64,000 nucleotides of DNA from contig CAWAGP010000001.1 in the NCBI GenBank assembly GCA_963781705.1, forward strand, positions 135,406 through 199,405, in the 5' to 3' direction. This stretch comes from an uncultured Chloroflexia bacterium. GTDB lineage: Bacteria; Chloroflexota; Limnocylindria; Limnocylindrales; CSP1-4. The notes beneath the pieces were generated by a model. That model saw nothing but the letters and a program-made list of their open reading frames with translations. It was not told where the DNA came from and made no database searches. The position numbers were made by a program, and so were the translations under genes. Of this stretch, positions 53,509 through 62,559 are shown in pieces; position 1 is the first letter of the stretch, and the number at the start of each line of letters is the position of its first letter.

Positions 53509-55717
53509 GCCCGATCTCCGACCAGGAGCTCCAGCGCCACCTCACCCGCCGGACGACGAAGACCATGCCTGCCGCCGATCGCGAGGATGTCCTCGCCGCC
53601 GTCGCCGGCGCGCGTGCTCGGCCGCGCTTCTCGTTCCGCATACGCCCGAGCCTCCTGCTGGCACCGATCGCCGCGCTCGTGCTGGTCGTCCTCGTCGCCG
53701 TGCCGCTGCTCTGGACGCTTGCCCCCGGGCCCGGCCCGTCGCCATCGCCGTCTGCGATCACGATCTACTCCGCGCAGGAGCTCGTCGAGCCTCGCCCGCG
53801 AACCCGGCTTCAGCGGCACCGTCATCGCCCGCGTCACTCTGGATCCACCGTTCCCCCTCCCGAGCGAGCCGGAGCCTTGCCCGGCACCAGAGGTATGTGA
53901 CTCGCAGCAGTCGATCGGACAATACTCAACGGAAATCTGGACCGGTTGGCGGGATGCGCCGGAAGGCGAAGGAACACAGCTGCCCGTCGGGGCAGTGGGT
54001 TACCCGTGTCCTCGCCGCCCTCCTTCCGGCAGGCGCGCTCGGCGCATACCGCGTGAGTGGTGGTCGCGTCGAGTACCTAGGCCCGGCATACCTGTCGCCG
54101 AGCGGCTCATCGATGACGGTCGAGGCGGCAAAGTCATCAGCGCCCTCGGATCCGGTAGACGACGTGTACGTCGTCTCCGGCTGGCTTGGCGAGGCGGTGC
54201 CCAGCGGATGCCCCCCTCCCGCCGTCGGGTCTTGCGACGGTTCGTTCCTGACAAGGGACAGGGAGTTCCCGCTCACAACGGAGGGCAACAACACCACCGC
54301 CAACTATCCAGTCGGTCCCGCGTTGCGTCTTCAGTCCGGCGCGTACAGTGACTTCGCCGCCTCGACCGGCAGCGACGAGCACGGCGCCATCCCAAGCTAC
54401 GGCACCTATCTCGTTCGGCCCGCCGGCTGTTCCACTCGCGTCACCGGCAGCGACGCCTGTCGCTGGACAATGGTCGGCCGGCTCGACGAGGCCCCGGCCA
54501 GCCCGACGCCATCGCCATCGCCCTTGCCGACGGCATCCGTCTCGCCATTGGATGTGCTGACGCAGGACCAGTTGATCGCGATGGCGACCGACCCGGCAGC
54601 GGCTGGTCGGCTCGTTGTCGCGGAGGCGCAGCTGGCGCCGGTGCCCGTCCCGAGCGCGAGCCAGCCGTGCGATCCACCCGACCCGTGCTATGCCGGGCAG
54701 ATCGGAGTGAACCCGGGCGTCGTCGTCTACTCGGGCTGGCGCGATTCGACCACCGTCGGTGCCGGCACCTACTACCGGCCGGAGCAGCGGTGGCTTGTCC
54801 GTCTCGAGCCACCACCAGTTTCCGAGCCACAGCTGATGGCGTTCCGGATCGGACGGGGCACGGTCGAGTATCTCGGCGACGCGCAGGAGGTCGATGGCTC
54901 GTTCGTCTGGTCGGTCGACGATCTCGCGGCGCAGGACAGTCCGCTGCCGGACGAGGTCTACGCAGTCGACGGTTGGCTCGTGCAGTCGATCATCGCCGAG
55001 TGCCCAGCACCGAACGGCTACTCGTCGACCAGCGATATGAATTACTGGTGCGGCGGTACGTTCCTTACGCAGCAAGAGACCCAACCGCCGCAGACGCATG
55101 GCGTGTTCGATCTCGGGGGCATCCACGTGCAATGGGGCGCTTACCGGGAGTTCGCACCCGACCCAACCTCCAACAGCGGCCAAGGAACCTCACCCAGACA
55201 CGGCATCTACCTGGTCCGCGTGGTTGGCGAGCGGAACACGAACAGCGGCCAGTCGCAGGTATGGCGCCTCGTCGGCCGGCTCGATCCGCCGATGGCTGCG
55301 CCAGCCCCGAACCCGACGCCGTCGCCCACACCCTCCGAGCCCTCGGAGATCGCCGGCCAGCCGGTTCTCTCTACCGACGAGGCACAGCAGCAGATCCACG
55401 CCGGCTACGCTGGCGGCCTGCTGATTGCCGGCCAGGTCGCCTTCACACAGGCCGATTGCTTCCCGCCGGCCGACTTCCCGAATACGCCACTGCTCGCAGC
55501 CTGCGGCGACGGCTACCACCTACTCGGCATCAATGGCAGCCAGACCACGATTCGGCTGGCGATCATCAACTTCTCGGGTGAGCTGCCCACCGGAGCATCT
55601 GTCGTCGTGAGCGTGCATACACACGATCCCCTGGCTGCTCAATGCCCGGAGAAGTACACCGAGGCCTGCCAGCAGGCGGTAGTGCTGGACGATGTGGCGT
55701 GGTCGCAATCGACTTGA
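53505..55717 (+). CDS. Anti-sigma factor (copy 2) with a 600-aa extracytoplasmic domain built from an internally duplicated D1-R unit plus a C-terminal Cys-containing domain; two apparent frameshifts in its first 500 nt
   Basis: ATGA overlap with the sigma gene. Cytoplasmic ELQRHLTRRTT. TM helix LLLAPIAALVLVVLVAVPLLW. The frame changes near about 53780 and about 54000, then is continuous to 55717. Confidence 0.55.
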
Positions 55718-55739
55718 CCTGCGGCGGCGCCGCGAGGGG

Positions 55740-56507
55740 CTACAGCCGGCCGGCGCTGATGATGCGCTGCAGGAAGCGCTGAGTCCGCTCCTCCTTCGGC
55801 GCCGACAGGATCTCCGCCGGCGGCCCCTCCTCCAGGATCACGCCCTCATCGAGGAAGCAGATGCGGTCGGCCACGTCGCGGGCGAAGCCCATCTCGTGCG
55901 TGGCCAGGATCATGGTCATACCCTCGCGCGCCAGGTCGCGGATGACGTCGAGCACCTCCGCCACAAGTTCCGGATCGAGCGCGGAGGTGATCTCGTCGAG
56001 CAGCAACACGTCGGGCTTCATCGCCAGAGCGCGGACGATGGCCGCCCGCTGTTGCTGGCCGCCGGATAGCCGGTCGGGGAATTCGTCGCGCTTGTCGGCC
56101 AGGCCGAAGCGCTCCAGCAATTCCATCGCCGAAGCGTCGGCATCCGCGCGCGAGAGGTGGAGCACCTTGCGCGGCGCGAGCGTGATGTTGCCGATCACGC
56201 TCATGTGCGGGAACAGGTTGAACGATTGGAAGACGATGCCGACTCGTCGGCGCACGCGGTCGACGCTGAAGCCCGGCGCGGTTATCTCCTGGCCCTCGAT
56301 CCAGATCCGCCCGGCGTTGATCTCCTCCAGCAGATTGATGCAGCGCAGCAGCGTCGACTTGCCCGATCCCGAAGCCCCGATCAGGCAGACCACCTCATGC
56401 TCCCCGAGAGCCAGGTCGATTCCGCGCAGGACCTCAAGCCGGCCGAACGACTTGTGCAGGCCTTCGACGCGCAGCGCCTGCGCTCCGGTACCGGCGTTGC
56501 CGGTCAC
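55740..56507 (-). CDS. Polar amino-acid ABC transporter ATP-binding protein
   Basis: Walker A GASGSGKST. Signature LSGGQQQR. Confidence 0.85.
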   Translation of the reverse strand: MTGNAGTGAQALRVEGLHKSFGRLEVLRGIDLALGEHEVVCLIGASGSGKSTLLRCINLLEEINAGRIWIEGQEITAPGFSVDRVRRRVGIVFQSFNLFPHMSVIGNITLAPRKVLHLSRADADASAMELLERFGLADKRDEFPDRLSGGQQQRAAIVRALAMKPDVLLLDEITSALDPELVAEVLDVIRDLAREGMTMILATHEMGFARDVADRICFLDEGVILEEGPPAEILSAPKEERTQRFLQRIISAGRL

Positions 56508-57358
56508 CTGACGCCCCCAGCCGCGCGCCGCCGAGCCTCACGCGCCACCAGGTAATCGACCAGCCGCGCGAGTGGAATGGTCACGACCAGGAACACGAGC
56601 GCCGTGATCATGTACGGCGTGAAGTTGAAGTTGGCGGCTTCGTAGATCTGCGACGAGCGGAAGATCTCGACCACGCCGATGAACGACACCAGCACGGTGT
56701 CCTTCTGGAGGCCGATGAAGTCGTTCAGCATCGGCGGGATGACCCGCCGCACCGCCTGGGGCACGACGACGTAGCGCAGCGACTGGAAACGAGTCAGGCC
56801 GAGCGAGCGCGCCGCCGCGTCCTGCGAGGGATGCACGGACTCGATGCCGGCGCGGTACACCTCCGACACGTACGCCGAGTAGAGCAGCGTCAGCGCAACG
56901 ACCGCCCAGACGAATGGGTCGTTGGGGACGCCGGGCAGGCGCAGGCCGGGGACGCCAAAGCCGAGCACGAAGATCACCAGCACGCCCGGCAGGGCGCGGA
57001 ACAGGTCGACGTACGCCGTCGCCAGCAACCGGACGGGGAAGAAGACCGGCCCCGGCAGGGAACGCAGGACGGCCAATAGCAGGCCGAGCACGAGGATGAG
57101 GGCCTCGGCGATCAGGAACAGCTGAATGTTGGTCCAGAACGCGAAGACCACGTGCGGAAATGCCTGGGCAAAGGCCTCGGGATCCAGGAACTGCGACTGA
57201 ACCTGCGGCCAACCCGGTGCGTTGACGACGATGAAGCCGAGCACGCCGAAGACGACCACGGTGGACACCGCGGCGATGAGGATCGCCTGGGTGCCACGGC
57301 CACCGACACCGAGGCGCGATACGCCCCGGCTGGGCAGCTGGGGAATGTCGCCCGACAT
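56504..57358 (-). CDS. Polar amino-acid ABC transporter permease
   Basis: His/Glu/Gln/Arg-family permease with an EAA-like loop. ATG 57358 is preferred. GTG 57415 would overlap the SBP gene by 43 nt. Confidence 0.75.
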   Translation of the reverse strand: MSGDIPQLPSRGVSRLGVGGRGTQAILIAAVSTVVVFGVLGFIVVNAPGWPQVQSQFLDPEAFAQAFPHVVFAFWTNIQLFLIAEALILVLGLLLAVLRSLPGPVFFPVRLLATAYVDLFRALPGVLVIFVLGFGVPGLRLPGVPNDPFVWAVVALTLLYSAYVSEVYRAGIESVHPSQDAAARSLGLTRFQSLRYVVVPQAVRRVIPPMLNDFIGLQKDTVLVSFIGVVEIFRSSQIYEAANFNFTPYMITALVFLVVTIPLARLVDYLVAREARRRAAGGVR

Positions 57359-57372
57359 CCCCGGGCCGGAGA

Positions 57373-58435
57373 TCAGGGCTGGATTACCGGCGCGTTGGCC
57401 TTGTCGGACAGCCACTCCTGGGTGATCTGGGCCAGCGTCCCGTCAAAGTGCATCGCCGAGAGGGTCTGGTTGATGCAGCTCGTGAGCGGGCTGCCCTGCT
57501 GCAGGACCAGGCTGAAGTACTCCTGCCCGTCGCCGGCGGCCGGGAACTGGCCGACGATGACGCCGTTGTCCATCTGCGCGGCGGTGATGTAGAAGGCCGT
57601 CGGCAGGTCGACCACGATGCCGTCGATCTGATCGGCGTTGAGGGCCGAGATGGCGGCGTCATTGGTGTCGTAGACGCTCGGTGCGCTCGTCGGCTGGATG
57701 ACGTCCGTGATGTACGTGTAGCTCGTCGTCCCGACCTGGGCGCCCAGCCGATAGCCCTGCAGTTCGGCCATGGTCGTCGCGCTGGTGATCGGCGTGCCCG
57801 CGTTGGCCACGAGAGCCTGGTTGACGACGTAGTAACCGTTGCTCATGTCGACCTTCGTCGCACGCTTGGCGGTGTACGAGATCTGGTTGATGTCGAAGTC
57901 GAACTGCTTGTCGCCGGGTGCGTACGAGCTGCTGAAGGGCACGTACATCCAGGCAACCTGGTCGGCGGTGAAGCCCAGCTCGGTCGCCACCTGGTACGCC
58001 ACCGCGCTCTCGAAGCCGCGCCCGTTGGTGGGATCGCCCAGCGACCACGGCTGGCTGCCGTTGATCGGCGTGCTGGCGGTCTCGCTGTCAGTCGGCGGAT
58101 CGAAGTAGGGCGGGTAGGCGGGATCGTCCGTGCCGATGGTCAGCTGACCGGCCGTCTTGACCGGCAGGCCGGCAATGGGTCCGCAGATGCCACCAACCGG
58201 TGTCGGCTCGACCGTCGGCGTCGCCGTCGGCCCAACGGTGGGCACTTCGGTGGGCGTGGCCTCGGCTGTCATCGATGGCGCCGGAGTAGGTGTCGGCGCG
58301 ACTGTCGCGTGCCGGCGTCGGCGCGACGGTCGGTGAAACCGAAGCGAGCGGGGACTCGGTCGCGGCAGGCGTGCTCGAACACGCGGCCAACACCAGGCTC
58401 ACGACCAACAGCGAAAACGCCCTGTGGACCTTCAT
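57373..58435 (-). pseudogene. Amino-acid ABC substrate-binding lipoprotein, apparent frameshift within the Pro/Thr linker (about 58283-58340)
   Basis: The signal peptide plus lipobox (MKVHRAFSLLVVSLVLAACSS; SD GGGAGGAG) is in one frame. The mature SBP domain is in another. The junction has two 25-nt-spaced near-copies of GTCGCGCCGAC. Confidence 0.55.
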
Positions 58436-58520
58436 GCCCGCTCCTCCCTGGCCGATCGGCACGGCCAACTTGAGCGGCGAGAATAGCAACTCTGCGGAGA
58501 TTCGAGCCGGCAGGCGGAGG

Positions 58521-58886
58521 TCAGGCGCGGACCGGCGACTCCGAACCGTGAAACACGGCGGCGAGGATGGTCAGCACGCCGCCGATCGCGAATCCGACCA
58601 GCGCCCACGGCATCGAGCCGGCGCCCGCCGGCAACGGCGCGGTGATGATCTCGCCCACGCCGACGCCGATCAGGATCAGTCCCCAGAAGGCGACGATCCA
58701 CAGAGGTAGGCGGGGAATGAGCGCCCAAGCCAGCAGCAGGCCGAGCTGCAGCGCCGCGCCGATCCACAGCGCGACAACGTCTATCGAACGGGGGACCGCT
58801 TCGCCCATCGCCAGGGCGGCGAACACGGCCAGCAGTGCCAGCGTCAGCGCCGCCAGCGTGAGTCCGAAGCGACCGCGGATGCGCAT
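58521..58886 (-). CDS. Small integral membrane protein (121 aa, four predicted TM helices)
   Basis: A hydrophobic ORF lying between paaD and the SBP gene. Confidence 0.45.
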   Translation of the reverse strand: MRIRGRFGLTLAALTLALLAVFAALAMGEAVPRSIDVVALWIGAALQLGLLLAWALIPRLPLWIVAFWGLILIGVGVGEIITAPLPAGAGSMPWALVGFAIGGVLTILAAVFHGSESPVRA

Positions 58887-59444
58887 CTAGACCTCCTTGA
58901 ACTGCTCGAACGGCTGCCGGCAAGCCGTGCAGTGGTAGATCGCGCGACACAGCGTCGGCCCGAAGGCATTTTCGAGCGTCGTGTTGCGCGATCCGCAGTA
59001 TGGACATTCAGCCACCGGCAGGAGCGGCAGTGACGTCAGGTCGTTGCCGCCCGGCGCCGTCAGTGGCGGTGGCGCGAAACCGCCCTGGCGCAGCGCGCGG
59101 CGACCGTCGTCGGAGATGCGCGCGCTGGTCCACGGCTCGGCGAAGGAGATCTCGACGCGAACGTCGTCGGCAAACTTCGCCAACCGCTCTGCGACCGCCG
59201 TGCGCATCAACTCGATCGCCGGGCAGCCAACGAACGTGGGCAACAGCTCCACGCGCACGCTCCCCTGCCCCGTCTCGACGCTGCGCACGACGCCCAGGTC
59301 GACCACCGAGATCGTCGGAATCTCAGGGTCGTGCACGTCGTGCAGCGCCGCCCAGACGGCCGACTCGAGCGGCCGCGCCGGCAGCCGCGGTGCTACCACT
59401 CGACGCCCTCCTCCAGCCGCGCGACAGAGGTGAACTCCGTCCAC
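58887..59444 (-). CDS. paaD: Phenylacetate-CoA oxygenase subunit PaaD-like (DUF59/MIP18 domain plus a C-terminal Cys4 zinc ribbon)
   Basis: The motif CPYCGS...CTACRQPFEQFK. In the paaABC context. Confidence 0.65.
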   Translation of the reverse strand: MDGVHLCRAAGGGRRVVAPRLPARPLESAVWAALHDVHDPEIPTISVVDLGVVRSVETGQGSVRVELLPTFVGCPAIELMRTAVAERLAKFADDVRVEISFAEPWTSARISDDGRRALRQGGFAPPPLTAPGGNDLTSLPLLPVAECPYCGSRNTTLENAFGPTLCRAIYHCTACRQPFEQFKEV

Positions 59445-60229
59445 AGCCAGCGGAACGAGTCGGCCGGCGGCGAGTGATCACGACCGTCCGCCGGGGGCGG
59501 CGTATCAGCCAGGGTGGGCAGGCCGAGTGGTTCCAGGACGGCATTCGCCTGCGCCCGCCAGCCGTCGGCCAGCGCGGCCATGGGCGCCGCGAGGATCGCC
59601 GCCTCGACCAGCAGCTGCTCGCCGTCGAGTGGCGTGAACACCGTCTGGGCCTCCGGCGCAAGGAGCGTGAGCGCGGACTCGAGTCGGTCGCGCGGCTCGC
59701 CGGCTGCGCCGGCGAGCCGCCGCAGCCATCCGTCGAGATGCATCAGGTGATAGCGCTCCTCGCGCCGCACTTTGGCCACGACCTCGGCGAGCGGCTTGAA
59801 GGCTGCGGTCGCGAGCGCGGCCAGGCGCGCCGAATCGGCCGTGTCGTACAGCCAGCGGCGGGCGATCGAGAATGCCCAGTCTGTGCGCGGATGGTCGAGC
59901 AGGCGAGCGTGGCGGAACTGCTCGGGCTCGCGCTGGAAGGCCAGCCGGTCGGCCAATTCGCCGGTCAGCTGGGCGAGCATCTCGTACCAGATGCGGGCGT
60001 GGCCGATCTCGTCCTGGGCCAGCGAACTGAAGGCGACATCCTCCTCGAGCATCGGCGCGATGCCGGTCCACTCGGAGTCCCAGAAACCGACCACGAACTC
60101 GTCGTCGGCCATGGTCAGCAGTAAGCCAGTCAGCGCGTCACGCGTGTTCGGATCGAGCGTCCGGCGGTCGAAGGTGGGTACGTCGGGCTGGATCAACTGG
60201 CGCGTCGGCAGCCGAGCCTCGGCGTTCAC
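59393..60229 (-). CDS. paaC: Phenylacetate-CoA oxygenase subunit PaaC-like
   Basis: A ferritin-like region (FWDSEW...DEIGHARIWYEML). The real start is probably internal. The annotated extent overlaps paaB by 92 nt. Confidence 0.6.
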   Translation of the reverse strand: MNAEARLPTRQLIQPDVPTFDRRTLDPNTRDALTGLLLTMADDEFVVGFWDSEWTGIAPMLEEDVAFSSLAQDEIGHARIWYEMLAQLTGELADRLAFQREPEQFRHARLLDHPRTDWAFSIARRWLYDTADSARLAALATAAFKPLAEVVAKVRREERYHLMHLDGWLRRLAGAAGEPRDRLESALTLLAPEAQTVFTPLDGEQLLVEAAILAAPMAALADGWRAQANAVLEPLGLPTLADTPPPADGRDHSPPADSFRWLWTEFTSVARLEEGVEW

Positions 60230-60602
60230 TTCGACGCGCCCGGCGCTTGGCCAGCGCGAGCTTGTCGCGCATCACGTAACCGCCCGGCTTCTTGAAACTG
60301 CGGTCAAGTGGCGGCTGGAGCAGGTCGGGGTCGGACAGGTCGATGATCTGGGTGCGCGGCACGACCCACAGCCGGACGCTCTCCTGGCGGCGGCTGTAGA
60401 ACTCGCGCGCGTAGTGCATGGCCAGTTCGCGGTCGGGCGCGCGCAGGTTGCCGGCGTGGCGCATCGGGTCGCCGTCCTTCTCCTGGCGGAAGACCTCCCA
60501 GACGTCGGGTCGGCGCCGTCGCCCAGTCGGCCGGACTCGTCGCGCCGCCCTTCCGACGGACGCTGCGGCTCGCCGGTCACGCGGCCGCCCCGATCGAGGC
60601 AC
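60138..60602 (-). CDS. paaB: Phenylacetate-CoA oxygenase subunit PaaB-like
   Basis: Core WEVF...HAGNLRAPD...LWVVP resembles PaaB. Both ends are uncertain. Confidence 0.5.
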   Translation of the reverse strand: MPRSGRPRDRRAAASVGRAARRVRPTGRRRRPDVWEVFRQEKDGDPMRHAGNLRAPDRELAMHYAREFYSRRQESVRLWVVPRTQIIDLSDPDLLQPPLDRSFKKPGGYVMRDKLALAKRRARRSERRGSAADAPVDPARRTHLRPPDARSEHA

Positions 60603-60606
60603 GGCA

Positions 60607-60621
60607 TTTCAAATCATTTGA
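60607..60621. promoter_or_regulatory. Inverted repeat TTCAAA-TCA-TTTGAA immediately upstream of paaB
   Basis: A perfect 6-3-6 palindrome in an otherwise GC-rich context. Candidate operator. Confidence 0.3.
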
Positions 60622-60828
60622 ACAATCGCCCGTCGATTTGTCTGTTTGGGCGGCCGATTCCGCGCGCCACCCCCGTCGCGAGCGGGACTGCGGCGATGGC
60701 CGTGCATCAAGAAATCCGGCCCACGCAGCGATGAGGCTGTCGTGCCCGGTCAACCATGCACCGGGCGCCTCTGACGTTCAAGTCACTCGAAATGATCGAC
60801 ATTTGCCACCACAGAAACCCATGCCAGT

Positions 60829-61824
60829 TCAGGCGGCGGCCGCGGCCGGACCGGCGAGGATCGCGTTGCGTACCCAGGCCGTGTCCTCGTGGTTCAGCCG
60901 CCGGAACGCGAGCCGCTCCTGCGACTTGGGCCCGTGGCCGGTGACGACCGTGCGCAGCTCGTTCCAGTCAGGCTCGGTGTAGCGCCACTCCCCGGTCGAT
61001 TCATCGAGGTGCAGCTCCGGGTCGGGCGGGAACAGGCCGATTTCCCATAGCCGCGGCACGTACGTCGAGAGGAACTCCTGGCGCAGTTGCTCGCCGGTCT
61101 TCTCCTTGATGCGCCAGAACAGGTCGCGATCCCTGGCCGGGTCGGTGCGCGGACCGTGCATCTGCATCAGCGGTCCCCACCAGCGATCGAGCGCCTCCTG
61201 CACCATGGCACGCTGGTTGGCCGAGCCGTTCATCATCGTCACGACCACGTCGCGGCCGTGCATGATGTGGACCGACTCCTCCCAGCAGATCTTCTTCATC
61301 GTGCGGCTGTATGGGCCATACGACGAATCGCGCAGCGCCTGCTGGGCGACGATCGCCGCGGCATCGACCAGCCACGCGATGATGCCCACGTCCGCCCACG
61401 TCTTGGTCGGGTAGTGGAAGACGTTGTGGAACTTGGTCTTGCCATCGAGCAGGTCCTGGTACATCTGCTCGCGCGTCTTGCCCAGATCTTCCGCCACGCG
61501 GTACAGCAATTGAGCGTGGCCGGCCTCGTCCTGGACCTTGGCCGTCAGCGCCAGCTTTCGCCGCAGCGTGGGCGCGCGCATGATCCACTCGCGCTCGGGC
61601 AGCACGCCCATCAACTCGGAGTTGGCGTGCATCTCGACGAAGCGCAGCACTCCCGCGCGGTACTCGTCGGGCATCCAGTCGCGTGCCTCGACCTTGAGTC
61701 CCGCGTGGACGTGCTCGACGAACGCGTCGTAACGCTCCTCATGCGTCAGGTCAGGGTCGGCGAAGGCGGGCCGCGGCCGGTCTTCCGGCTGCAGGATGGG
61801 CGCGAGCGAGAGTGGGTCGGTCAT
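60829..61824 (-). CDS. paaA: 1,2-phenylacetyl-CoA epoxidase catalytic subunit PaaA
   Basis: A diiron ferritin-like oxygenase pattern across 331 aa. ATG at 61824. Confidence 0.8.
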   Translation of the reverse strand: MTDPLSLAPILQPEDRPRPAFADPDLTHEERYDAFVEHVHAGLKVEARDWMPDEYRAGVLRFVEMHANSELMGVLPEREWIMRAPTLRRKLALTAKVQDEAGHAQLLYRVAEDLGKTREQMYQDLLDGKTKFHNVFHYPTKTWADVGIIAWLVDAAAIVAQQALRDSSYGPYSRTMKKICWEESVHIMHGRDVVVTMMNGSANQRAMVQEALDRWWGPLMQMHGPRTDPARDRDLFWRIKEKTGEQLRQEFLSTYVPRLWEIGLFPPDPELHLDESTGEWRYTEPDWNELRTVVTGHGPKSQERLAFRRLNHEDTAWVRNAILAGPAAAAA

Positions 61825-61837
61825 TGGCTTGTCCTCG

Positions 61838-62436
61838 TCAACTGCCTGGTGGGGCCGCGTGGCTGCTGAGGCCGCGCAGGAAAAGGTCGGCATGCTGGTC
61901 GGCGATCTGGGTGGGCGTCAGCGCACCGTCGGTGCCGGTACCACGTGGCCACTCCGTTCAACGCGGACAGGATGGTGGTGGCGGTCAGGCGCGGGATCGA
62001 CCGCCGCGAAATCGCCGCTGCGGATGCCCTCGCTGATCGCGTTCCGGAAGAGCGCCTGGTGGGCGTCGCGACGAGCGGCGATCTGGTCACGCCTGCCGTC
62101 GGACAGGAACCGCCACTCGCGCAGGAAGACAGCGGCGTCGCGCTGGCTGCTGGTGACGACCGCCAGGTGGGCGCGGATCATCGCGCGCAGCTTGGCCTGC
62201 GCCGGCAGCGAACTTGAGGCAACCGGTCCGACTTCCGCGTCGAACCGCTCGGCCGCGCGGATCACGATCGCCCACAGCATGTCCTCCTTGGAGGCCACGT
62301 GGGCATACAGGCTGCCGCCCTGCAGGTTGAGCGCCTGGGCGATGTCGCGCACGCTGGTGGCGGCGTAGCCACGCTCACGGAACAGCGCGGAGGCGGCGTC
62401 CTCGATCTGCTGGCGGCGCGACACCTCGGTAACCAC
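61838..62436 (-). pseudogene. TetR-family regulator (PaaR-like position), apparently carrying two +1 frameshifts
   Basis: HTH N-terminus VTEVSRRQQIEDAASALFRERGYAATSVRDIAQAL (frame 1). The mid section RLTATTILSALNGVATWY is in frame 2. The C-terminus GTGTDGALTPTQIADQHADLFLRGL is in frame 3. The total span is 599 nt, i.e. 3n+2. Confidence 0.55.
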
Positions 62437-62444
62437 GGGCGGAA

Positions 62445-62466
62445 TCTAACAAACGATCGTTAGGTC
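62445..62466. promoter_or_regulatory. Palindrome AACGATCGTT with partial extended symmetry, 8-30 nt upstream of the TetR gene start; likely TetR operator
   Basis: A perfect 10-bp palindrome in the divergent TetR / yciI-sigma intergenic region. Confidence 0.4.
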
Positions 62467-62559
62467 GGTCAATCGCCCGCGGCTGTCGAATCTGGGCCGG
62501 CCGTTCGTTGTCTTGCTGACGGCGGGCATATCGCCGACCATCGCGCCAGGAGGATCACC

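Noticed and set aside
60603-60828. A possible extra gene in the 226-nt gap between paaA and paaB
   Set aside because: No convincing ORF or motif. The gap more likely holds a promoter/operator (the TTCAAA-N3-TTTGAA palindrome), or reflects uncertainty in the paaB start.
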